Assembly (NCBI GenBank): GCA_021789935.1
Contig: JAJYIR010000013.1
Location: forward strand, 1,651 to 65,650
Length of the DNA stretch: 64,000 nt
Direction of reading: 5' to 3'
Source: Nitrospirota bacterium
GTDB taxonomy: Bacteria > Nitrospirota > Thermodesulfovibrionia > Thermodesulfovibrionales > JdFR-88
Part shown: piece by piece, positions 14,601-21,703 of the stretch
How the letters are laid out: each line of letters begins with the position of its first letter
Position numbering within the stretch: the stretch's first letter is position 1
Notes under the pieces: model-generated
Database searches by the model: none
What the model was told of the DNA's origin: nothing
Seen by the model: only the letters and a program-made list of their open reading frames with translations
Translations under genes and position numbers: made by a program

Positions 14601-16053
14601 TCTGCACATAGAGATTGACGAGCACAGCGCCGACGCGGGGGCGGTGACGCGCCTTGAGGCGTATCTTGACAGCGTTGAGGGATGGGAAAAGAAAAGCAAA
14701 AAAACCGCGGGAGAGGGTCTTGTTCTTCCGGAAGACGGCGCCCCGCGCATATCTTCAAACAGCAAAAGGGGCAAAAAAGACAAAAAAGACAAAAAAAGCA
14801 AAAACAGAACCGTTTATATCCCCCGGATGTCTGACCATGCGTTTGCATTAAGCGCAGCCCTTGAGAGTTGCGGGGTGCAGGCGGAGGTGCTTCCGGCGCC
14901 GGATGGAAAGACGTTGGAGCTTGGCTCCAGGTTCGTTTCCGGCAAGGAGTGCTACCCTTACCAGGTCACAACTGGGGACATGCTTAAAAAGGTCTACAGC
15001 GAGGATTTCAGGCCGGATGAGGCGGCCTTCTTCATGCCGTCAGGCACCGGCCCATGCCGGTTCGGGCAGTACAACGTATTTCATAAGCAGGTGCTGGAGA
15101 GCATCGGCCTGGCGGAGGTCCCAATCTTCGCGCCCAACCAGGATGCTGGTTTTTACCGGGACTTGGGTATTATGGGCAGGGATTTTGCCCTTACGGCCTG
15201 GAAAGGCATAGTTGCCATAGAGCTGCTTATCAAGTGCCTGCATGAAAGCCGTCCTTACGAGGCCGGGGAAGGGGCGGCGCAGGAGCTTTATGAGCAGTAT
15301 CTGGTGCGGGTAAGTGATGCCGTAAAAGGCAGACGCGATGGGTCAAAAAACGGTAAAAAGCATCATAACGCAAACGGCAATGGCGGGGAGGGGCTTGAAA
15401 ATGTGCTTATCCGGATGAAAGAGGATTTCGCCGTCATAAGGAACGGGAACGGACGGAGAGAACAAAAACAAAAACAAAAAAAACCTCTCATAGGCGTCGT
15501 TGGGGAGATATTCGTCCGCTCGAACCGGTTTTCAAATGAAGACCTCGTGAAGAAGATAGAGGCCCTGGGGGGCGAGGTCTGGCTGGCCCCCGTTACGGAG
15601 TGGATATATTATGTGAACCTGATGGGGCTGCGCAAGGCGCGGGCGGGAAAAAACCTCTCAGGTCTTTTTGATATATCGCTGCAGCGCTTTTTCCAAAAAA
15701 GGGTGGAAAATAAGTTTTATAGACATTTCAGGGGCTCTCTTGAAACCATAGACGAGCCCGAGACGCGGGAGATCATGGGGAAGGCCGCCCCTTACGTGCA
15801 CGATTCCTTCGAGGGGGAGACTATTTTGAGCATCGGGAAGGCGGTGGACCTTGCCGGCAAGGGGGCCGCGGGTATTGTAAACGCGATGCCCTTCGGGTGC
15901 ATGCCGGGCACCATAGTCACCGCGCTCATGAGGGGAGTAAGCAGAGACCACGGGGTGCCGGCCATAAACATGCCGTACGAGGGTACGGAATCGGCAACCT
16001 CCATAATACAGCTTGAGGCCTTCATGGACCAGGCAAAGGCGAGGGTTGGATAA
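11665..16053 (+). CDS. fused double BadF/BadG/BcrA/BcrD-type activase ATPase plus DUF2229-type (2-hydroxyacyl-CoA-dehydratase-related) domains
   Basis: Two ASKHA ATPase modules (GLDAGSVSVK...CAAGTGSFLD and GIDIGSISTN...CAAGTGSFIE), a Cys cluster (CKGCPNVCE...GGRCEKYD), then about 800 aa of the architecture seen in CoA-substrate-specific enzyme activase-related proteins. Confidence 0.9.
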   Translation: MHYAGLDAGSVSVKLVVLDGNGKKLWDRYEKHKGRPLETVLSFLNEISQKFFTGGASGDFSLKITGGAGRLAAQVLGLAPLNEVVAQATATLKLHPEVRSIIELGGEDSKLILLNDGGIEDFSMNSVCAAGTGSFLDQQAERLHLTIEEFSRLGLKTAKPPRIAGRCSVFAKSDMIHLQQIATPVEDIVAGLCFAVARNFRGSIMRGRMLRGPVSFQGGVAANQAMVRAFKEVLRIEDLLVPEDFCLMGAWGAALKALEEKGKNKNKTGSPAEGEVSVFRRLADFLEKEKKETGGHKPLIGPGDDFSERHQLLKNLSPSAWLPPPPVAGGLGEGCKKTRAWLGIDIGSISTNLAVIDGSGRLLARRYLMTAGRPIEAVREGFLNIAAQLGSDVEIAGVGTTGSGRYMIADFVGADVVKNEITAQATAAAFIEPEVDTIFEIGGQDSKYISLRNGVIVDFEMNKACAAGTGSFIEEQAEKLNVSVKNEYAGCAFNSRNPLRLGERCTVFMENSLMANLGRGAQRDDLLAGLAYSIVQNYINRVVAAKPVGEKILFQGGVAYNKAVVAAFEKYLGRQIIVPPNHDVTGAIGMALIAKKEAERAGFSGTAFKGFELAGRPYDISSFQCKGCPNVCEINRVRIEGESLPLHYGGRCEKYDIRRKKKPSGAEAMEKDLFAIREELLWKSHSGRSHIAGRPAVGLPYIFYFQDHLPFWSTLLWECGLNVEVSPRTDREIINLGLESVLSDGCFPVKVAHGHIKYLLEKKSLDAVFLPSFINLNLPGSEFQNGQACPETQTIPYVASVALPGLRQKIISSPVDFSRGDAYLLKSLRQAIGKRFGISAGTLKRALAEAQEAQKSFETAILKCGEEALLKLKGKAVVIMGRSYNAFDGGMNLEIPGKLATLGITSIPMDFLPLEPVSISGDWPQVYWRSGQRILKAARYIRENPLLFPVFLGNFSCGPDSFVLKYLKSEFERGKQKPYLHIEIDEHSADAGAVTRLEAYLDSVEGWEKKSKKTAGEGLVLPEDGAPRISSNSKRGKKDKKDKKSKNRTVYIPRMSDHAFALSAALESCGVQAEVLPAPDGKTLELGSRFVSGKECYPYQVTTGDMLKKVYSEDFRPDEAAFFMPSGTGPCRFGQYNVFHKQVLESIGLAEVPIFAPNQDAGFYRDLGIMGRDFALTAWKGIVAIELLIKCLHESRPYEAGEGAAQELYEQYLVRVSDAVKGRRDGSKNGKKHHNANGNGGEGLENVLIRMKEDFAVIRNGNGRREQKQKQKKPLIGVVGEIFVRSNRFSNEDLVKKIEALGGEVWLAPVTEWIYYVNLMGLRKARAGKNLSGLFDISLQRFFQKRVENKFYRHFRGSLETIDEPETREIMGKAAPYVHDSFEGETILSIGKAVDLAGKGAAGIVNAMPFGCMPGTIVTALMRGVSRDHGVPAINMPYEGTESATSIIQLEAFMDQAKARVG
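14761..14808 (+). repeat. A-rich (GACAAAAAA/GCAAAAA)n tract, in frame inside the activase CDS
   Basis: AGCAAAAGGGGCAAAAAAGACAAAAAAGACAAAAAAAGCAAAAACAG encodes SKRGKKDKKDKKSKNR. Sister tracts lie at 12442-12470 and 15461-15485. Confidence 0.9.
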
Positions 16054-16154
16054 TGCACCGGGAAGCAAAAGAAGGTGGGGATAGCACGGCTCGTATCATT
16101 CTCGTCGAACGTCCTGTCCGGCTCCCTTGCCTTGACACTGATAAAAAAGTTAAT

Positions 16155-16183
16155 TTGAAACTTTCCGCGCGGAAAGGTATAAT
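16155..16183 (+). promoter_or_regulatory. sigma70-type promoter TTGAAA-N17-TATAAT with a palindromic spacer
   Basis: TTGAAA at 16155-16160 and TATAAT at 16178-16183. The spacer contains the perfect 16-bp palindrome CTTTCCGCGCGGAAAG. Confidence 0.6.
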
Positions 16184-16268
16184 TTAGGCTGTCCACAGGG
16201 CGGGACCCCGCCCGAAATGGGGGAATTTTTAAAAGCCAGACAGGAAATGATCTGAAGGAGGTGATGAG

Positions 16269-16364
16269 GTGGGTAGTGTTGTCAAATGGCGCAAGAAAAA
16301 GATGTCCAAGCATAAACATGGCAAACTCAGGAAAAAGATGAAGTTCTCCAAACGCGGCAAATAA
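16269..16364 (+). CDS. unlisted 31-aa highly basic protein resembling ribosomal protein bS22 (AURKAIP1/COX24-domain family): MGSVVKWRKKKMSKHKHGKLRKKMKFSKRGK
   Basis: GTG start 9 nt after GGAGG. It has its own strong promoter, and the sequence pattern matches the bS22 family as I remember it. It is below the ORF-track cut-off. Confidence 0.6.
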   Translation: MGSVVKWRKKKMSKHKHGKLRKKMKFSKRGK

Positions 16365-16561
16365 TTTTTTTTGTTCTTTGCTTTTTTGATTTTTAGCGCC
16401 GGTCCTCAACAGTTTTTTTCCCAACATGGATTCCCGCCTTCGCTGGGGGCGCTGACGAAGGCCAGGCGGGAAATGCGAATAAAATAAAAAAGTGTTCCTT
16501 GCATTAAGAAAGATCCCAAACGGCCTTTACCGCCGTGGAGCTTAAATAATAAGGGGGCGCC

Positions 16562-16771
16562 ATGAAAGAAGAGATAGTCGTCAAAGAGGCCATAGGGCTT
16601 TTGCAACAAGAGATCGCGACACTGACTGGGAAGCTTTCCGCATTCGAAAAGGTCCTCGGGAATATGGAAGATATTGAAAGCGAGCTTAAGGCCATGAAAC
16701 TCTTTCTGGGGAGGCGCTATCCTGAATTCAAGAAAGAGTACCCGGAGATCATCGAAAAGATCCGCTCCTGA
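16562..16771 (+). CDS. hypothetical 69-aa coiled-coil protein
   Basis: ATG after AAGGGGG, and a heptad-like charged sequence. No family recognised. Confidence 0.45.
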   Translation: MKEEIVVKEAIGLLQQEIATLTGKLSAFEKVLGNMEDIESELKAMKLFLGRRYPEFKKEYPEIIEKIRS

Positions 16772-16869
16772 TAAAAAGTAAAAATCAAAAAATCAAAATA
16801 GCAAAAGAGTAAAATTTAAAATCCGGTGCCCAATGAGGCACGGCGGGCGGGTTTCCCCCCCTTTTCTCC

Positions 16870-17691
16870 CTAATCGAAGCGCGTGACGATGATGCCTATG
16901 AAAGGCATTGATTTGGCGTAATCGCCGAAAAGGACTTGAGTCACCACTCCGCCCGTTTCCTTCGTGCCGTGGGCGTGGATCAGGTATGTTTGTCCGTTCC
17001 GCGCGTCAATTATCCCCATATGGCCTATCACCTCGCCCACGACCCTTCTGGCGGGGTCTTTTACGAAAAATACGATATCGCCGCTTTTTAACAGTTTTTG
17101 TTGTATGGCCCGGCAGATCCCTCCTTTAGGCAGGATTTGCACGGAAGGCACCCCTTTTTCGATGAAACGGGGGGATGTCTGTACCGTTTCCGTATTGCCC
17201 AGAGTGGCCGTAACATTTTTCCCCCACTTGCCGGAGAGGACCATATCCAGCCCGTACTGATAGCGGTCTTCATAATTAAGGACCTTCCCATCGGGGGAAA
17301 GTTTTCCAACCGTTTTAAATCTCATGAGAAGGGCAAGCCGCTTGGCGCCTTCCGGCGTTCCCGCCAGGGCAAGCTCCACGGACCGGAAGACCTGGTACAT
17401 GCAATCCACCCTGTCGTCGGCCACGATGGCCTTTCTGGTCACATATTCGCCCATGGGGTCCCGGTCATAAGGCGTTCCGATGAACTGCCGGGCAAACCAG
17501 GCGATTCTTTCCCCTAACGGCATGTTTTTGGCGTTTACCTGGGCGTAAAGGTCCGAGACGCTGCGTCCGCGAGGAAATCCGGATGCGCGGCATATGGGAA
17601 ACACGGAAAGAACGAGGGCCAGAAAAAGGGCCGCCGCCGGCCTGCGGGAGTTCAAAACAAAAACCTCATAGGCTATTATAACTGTCCCCAT
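16870..17691 (-). CDS. secreted NlpC/P60-like (DUF1460-like) putative cell-wall hydrolase
   Basis: Signal peptide, a candidate catalytic Cys (DRVDCMYQ) and His (GHMGII...IHAH). Confidence 0.6.
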   Translation of the reverse strand: MGTVIIAYEVFVLNSRRPAAALFLALVLSVFPICRASGFPRGRSVSDLYAQVNAKNMPLGERIAWFARQFIGTPYDRDPMGEYVTRKAIVADDRVDCMYQVFRSVELALAGTPEGAKRLALLMRFKTVGKLSPDGKVLNYEDRYQYGLDMVLSGKWGKNVTATLGNTETVQTSPRFIEKGVPSVQILPKGGICRAIQQKLLKSGDIVFFVKDPARRVVGEVIGHMGIIDARNGQTYLIHAHGTKETGGVVTQVLFGDYAKSMPFIGIIVTRFD

Positions 17692-17697
17692 ATGTAT

Positions 17698-17725
17698 TTG
17701 AAAATCGCCGCTCTCAGTGTAGTAT
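17698..17725 (+). promoter_or_regulatory. putative promoter TTGAAA-N16-TAGTAT for the trehalose cluster
   Basis: It lies inside the 5' extension of ORF 17692. This supports the ATG at 17749, which has a GGGAGGTGG Shine-Dalgarno, as the true start. Confidence 0.4.
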
Positions 17726-17748
17726 TCTTATTAAGGGAGGTGGTAAAT

Positions 17749-18447
17749 ATGGGGCCGGGGAATGTGGAAGGCATGGATCCGCCGGGGGGCCGCTTTGTGT
17801 TCAGGGAATGCAGGAAAATCATTATGGCCACAGGCAAGAAGGCAAGAAACCTTGCCGAGCTGGCTGAGCTTGCCGGCCAGGCGAGCGCCAACTCGATATA
17901 TCATCATACATATGAATATTTTTTTTCCGGGCACATAGTAGAATACACGAACGATTTCGCCCAATGGGTAGGGACGACTCTGGAGGCACGGGTGCTTTCG
18001 GAAAATCTCTCGAATATAGATCCCTTCAGGCATTCCGCTTCGCTGGACAGCCTGAGAGAGGAACTGCTGGGGTCAATTTCCCGCTATGTCAAGAAATACG
18101 GGGACCCGGGTAACGTACTGCCGGGGGAGGAGTTCTACTTCCAGGAATCGGTTACCGTAGTTTTTCCGGCCGGCTTCAGGGCCCTTAACCTGGCGGAGTT
18201 CCTTATGGCCATCCGTACCGTGGACCAGCAGTCCATCTATTACCACTTCTATGAAGGCAGAAGCAGGGTGAAGGGCGGGATTGACGATTTTTCAAGATGG
18301 GTGGATGACACTCTGGGGTACAAGGAACTTGCGCTTGATATCAGAAGCATAGACCCTTTCATGCACAGTATAGAAGGCATAAGGGCCCATATTGCAAATT
18401 TCATAGAAAAAGCCCTCAGAGAGGAGATAGAGGTAGGGGGAATATGA
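17749..18447 (+). CDS. internally duplicated protein of unknown function (possibly the DUF5752 family), coupled to treT
   Basis: Two homologous halves (SIYHHTYEYF...NDFAQWVGTTL...NIDPF and SIYYHFYEGR...DDFSRWVDDTL...SIDPF). Its stop overlaps the treT start (ATGA at 18444-18447). Confidence 0.7.
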   Translation: MGPGNVEGMDPPGGRFVFRECRKIIMATGKKARNLAELAELAGQASANSIYHHTYEYFFSGHIVEYTNDFAQWVGTTLEARVLSENLSNIDPFRHSASLDSLREELLGSISRYVKKYGDPGNVLPGEEFYFQESVTVVFPAGFRALNLAEFLMAIRTVDQQSIYYHFYEGRSRVKGGIDDFSRWVDDTLGYKELALDIRSIDPFMHSIEGIRAHIANFIEKALREEIEVGGI

Positions 18448-19658
18448 TAAGCCAATACCGAGGCATTGCCCCCAAGGGGCAGCTTGAACTTTTAAAGATA
18501 CTTGGCGGCAAACTCAAAGGCCGGAGCATCCTTAACATAAATTCCACGAAGGCCGGCGGCGGCGTGGCGGAACTCCTCCACCGCATAATGCCCATAATGG
18601 CCGGAATGGGGATGAAAGGCCGGTGGGAAGTCATCGAGGGCGACAGCCATTTTTTCGATATCACAAAAAAAATACATAATGCACTCCAGGGCAACCCGGA
18701 GAAATTCACGAAAGAAATGTGGGATTACCATTACGAGATCAACAGGCAGAACGCCGGTAACCTGGACCTGGACGCGGAGTTCGTGTTCATTCACGACCCC
18801 CAGCCCGTCTCGCTTATAAGGTTTAAAAAAAACGGGCATTGGATATGGAGGTGCCATATAGATATGTCGGCGCCGCAGCCGGATGTGGCCGCCCGGATAA
18901 TGGATTACGCCAGCCAGTACGAGGCGTCGATATTCTCGGTGGCGAAGTTCGCCATGCTGCTGCCGATACCGGAGTTCATCGTGCTTCCCTCGATAGACCC
19001 GTTAAGCGATAAAAACCGTGAGCTTACCCCGGATGAGATCGGCGAGGTGGCCCGGAAATTCGATATCCCGCCAGACAGGCCGATGGTCCTTCAGGTGTCC
19101 AGGTTCGACCGGTTCAAGGACCCCATCGGGGTGATAAAGGCCTACCGCATGGTGAAAAAATATAACGACTGCATACTGGTGCTTGCAGGAAGCCCGGCGA
19201 AGGACGACCCTGAAGGGGAAGAGGTCCTGGACGAGGTCCAAAATTTCGCAGAGGGCGACCCGGACATAAGAATTCTTCTTTTGCCGCCTTTTAGTGACAC
19301 GGATATCAATGCCCTTCAGCGGCTGGCCACCATAGTGCTCCAAAAATCCCTGAAGGAAGGGTTCGGCCTTACGGTTTCGGAGGCCATGTGGAAGGGTAAG
19401 CCTGTCATCGGAGGGGCGGTAGGAGGCATACCGCACCAGATCGTTCACGGGGTCAATGGGTTTCTGGTCTATTCGGAAGAAGGGGCCGCCTTCAGGATAA
19501 GGCAGTACCTGAACAACTCTGATATGCTCGGCAGGATGGGAGAGGCCGCCCGCGAGCACGTAAGGAACAATTTCCTCATCACAAGGCAGGTGGGCGATTA
19601 CCTCTCCATATGCGTTGGGGTGGAGAATGCAGGCAAGGCGGTAATAGAGGTTGGTTAA
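18444..19658 (+). CDS. treT: trehalose synthase, TreT-type GT4 glycosyltransferase
   Basis: Colinear similarity to archaeal TreT as recalled: NSTKAGGGVAELLH, HNALQG, WRCHID, PSIDPLSDKN, QVSRFDRFKDP, EGFGLTVSEAMWKGKPVIGGAVGGI. Confidence 0.8.
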   Translation: MISQYRGIAPKGQLELLKILGGKLKGRSILNINSTKAGGGVAELLHRIMPIMAGMGMKGRWEVIEGDSHFFDITKKIHNALQGNPEKFTKEMWDYHYEINRQNAGNLDLDAEFVFIHDPQPVSLIRFKKNGHWIWRCHIDMSAPQPDVAARIMDYASQYEASIFSVAKFAMLLPIPEFIVLPSIDPLSDKNRELTPDEIGEVARKFDIPPDRPMVLQVSRFDRFKDPIGVIKAYRMVKKYNDCILVLAGSPAKDDPEGEEVLDEVQNFAEGDPDIRILLLPPFSDTDINALQRLATIVLQKSLKEGFGLTVSEAMWKGKPVIGGAVGGIPHQIVHGVNGFLVYSEEGAAFRIRQYLNNSDMLGRMGEAAREHVRNNFLITRQVGDYLSICVGVENAGKAVIEVG

Positions 19659-19693
19659 TAAAGAGGTTTTTTTATTTTTTGGCCCGGGAGAAA

Positions 19694-21703
19694 ATGGAAA
19701 TCAATATGAGAAAAGAACTGGCGGCTGACGAAACGGCTGCCGGACGGTTATGGCATGAAAAGGGGCATGAGAAGACCGGCCATTGCCGGCAAGGGGCATA
19801 CCCCGTCCGGGGAGGAGGTGTCTTTTTTCGCATTTGGGCGCCCCGGTGCAGGAAAGTCTCCGTCAAGATAATCCAGCCGGGAGAGAATTTTTCCGTCTTC
19901 CCCATGGAACTGGTTCCGCCTGCGGGACCGGTGTCAGATGAGGGGTTTTTCGAATTGTTAGTCCCGGAGGCCGGGGCCGGAACAAAATACTTTTATCTGC
20001 TGGATGGTCTGCTTGAACGGCCGGACCCTGCTTCCAGACACCAGGCGGAAGGCGTCCACGGCCCCTCCCTGGTAACGGACCCCCAGGGCTATAAGTGGGA
20101 AGATGGCGGGTGGAAAAGCCCGCCCATCGGGCAATACATAATATATGAACTCCATACCGGCACGTTTACGCGCGAGGGGACATTCCTTGCGGCTGCGGAA
20201 AGGGTGCCTTATTTAAAAGAGCTTGGAGTCACTGCGGTTGAGATCATGCCGGTTGCCCAGTTCCCGGGAGGGAGGAACTGGGGTTACGACGGGGCCTATC
20301 CCTACGCCCCCCAAAATTCTTATGGCGGCCCGGAGGGTTTGAAGCGCCTTGTGGATGCCCTGCACCGGGCAGGCATTGCCGTCATACTGGATGTTGTGTA
20401 CAATCATTTCGGGCCAGAGGGCAGCTATTTTGCCGATTACGGCCCTTATTTTACTGAAAACTACAGGACCCCATGGGGGTCGGCCATAAATTACGATGGG
20501 CCGTCAAGCGGCCCGGTGCGCGAATTCTTTATCGAAAATGCCCTTTACTGGGGAAGGGAATTCCATATGGACGCCCTGAGGCTGGATGCCGTTCATGGCA
20601 TTTTCGATTCCAGCCCAACGCATATAATCAAGGAAATGAGGCAGAGAATGAACGGGTTGGCGGCCGAGGAAGGAAGGCCGTTTTACATGTTCATTGAATC
20701 AGACAGAAACGATACCCGCTTCATAAGGCCAACCCTCCTGGGAGGCTGTGGGGCGGACGCGCATTGGAACGAGGACTTTCATCATGCGCTTCACGTAGTT
20801 CTAACCGGGGAGAAAGACGGCTATTATATGGATTTCTCCGGTCCCAAAGACCTGTTAAAAGCCTGGGCCGAGGGGTTCGTCTATACCGGACAGCATTCAG
20901 CGTACAGGGGCAGAAATCAGGGCAGTCCTTCCCGTGATCTCCCCACGGACAGCTTCGTGGCCTTTATTCAGAATCATGACCAGGTGGGCAACAGGCCGCT
21001 TGGCGACAGGCTTGGAAGCATCCTGCCGCCGGAAAAACTGATGCTTGGGGCGGCCCTTGTCCTTCTTGGGCCGTATGTGCCGCTTCTGTTCATGGGGGAG
21101 GAATACGGGGAGAAGGCCCCTTTCCAGTATTTCGTAAGCCACGCGGACAGGGAACTTGTCCATGCGGTGAGGGAGGGCCGGCGGTGCGAGTTTTCTGCCT
21201 TCAGGTGGGGGGACAAGGTCCCGCCGGACCCCCAGGCGGAGGAGACCTTCCTGGCCTCGAAGGTAAATCCCGGGCTCGTCCATGAAATGCCCCATGAAAT
21301 GGTCTTTGATTTTTATAAAAAGCTCATTGCCTTGAGAAAAGAATTTCTTCCAGCTTTGAGCTCACCGGAGCGGGAAGGCATGTCGGTTAGTTTGCAAAAC
21401 AGTGTCCTTGTCATTACCAGGCAATTCATTGCCTGGCAGGTCCCCGGGGATGAAAGGGTTACGGAGTGCAAAAGGACCGGTGGGAACGGGCAAGCAGCGG
21501 AGTACGGCGGCCTGTTTGCCGCTTTCAATCTTTCGGGGCGGCAGTCCAGCGCCGTCACGCCAGCCCTGTCCGGCCTTGACGGAGGAGATTCCGGCGCATG
21601 GTTTCCCCTGCTTGGCACGGGGCCGGACGGTAATGGACTTGTGGGCCTCGGCCCTTACGAAACCGTTCTTTTAATGGAAAAAAAGGCCCTTCCCATTGGA
21701 TAA
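19694..21703 (+). CDS. treZ: malto-oligosyltrehalose trehalohydrolase (GH13)
   Basis: The start is trimmed to the ATG at 19694, which follows GGGAG. GH13 regions present: VILDVVYNHFGPEG, ALRLDAVH, FIESD, FIQNHDQVGNR. Confidence 0.9.
   Translation: MEINMRKELAADETAAGRLWHEKGHEKTGHCRQGAYPVRGGGVFFRIWAPRCRKVSVKIIQPGENFSVFPMELVPPAGPVSDEGFFELLVPEAGAGTKYFYLLDGLLERPDPASRHQAEGVHGPSLVTDPQGYKWEDGGWKSPPIGQYIIYELHTGTFTREGTFLAAAERVPYLKELGVTAVEIMPVAQFPGGRNWGYDGAYPYAPQNSYGGPEGLKRLVDALHRAGIAVILDVVYNHFGPEGSYFADYGPYFTENYRTPWGSAINYDGPSSGPVREFFIENALYWGREFHMDALRLDAVHGIFDSSPTHIIKEMRQRMNGLAAEEGRPFYMFIESDRNDTRFIRPTLLGGCGADAHWNEDFHHALHVVLTGEKDGYYMDFSGPKDLLKAWAEGFVYTGQHSAYRGRNQGSPSRDLPTDSFVAFIQNHDQVGNRPLGDRLGSILPPEKLMLGAALVLLGPYVPLLFMGEEYGEKAPFQYFVSHADRELVHAVREGRRCEFSAFRWGDKVPPDPQAEETFLASKVNPGLVHEMPHEMVFDFYKKLIALRKEFLPALSSPEREGMSVSLQNSVLVITRQFIAWQVPGDERVTECKRTGGNGQAAEYGGLFAAFNLSGRQSSAVTPALSGLDGGDSGAWFPLLGTGPDGNGLVGLGPYETVLLMEKKALPIG

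Noticed and set aside
17692-17748. Upstream extensions of track ORFs: 17692, 19610, 35158, 40891, 41427, 43277 and 52087.
   Set aside because: The extensions overlap neighbouring genes or promoters, and they add residues absent from the family N-termini. Internal starts with Shine-Dalgarno sequences or ATGA coupling fit better.
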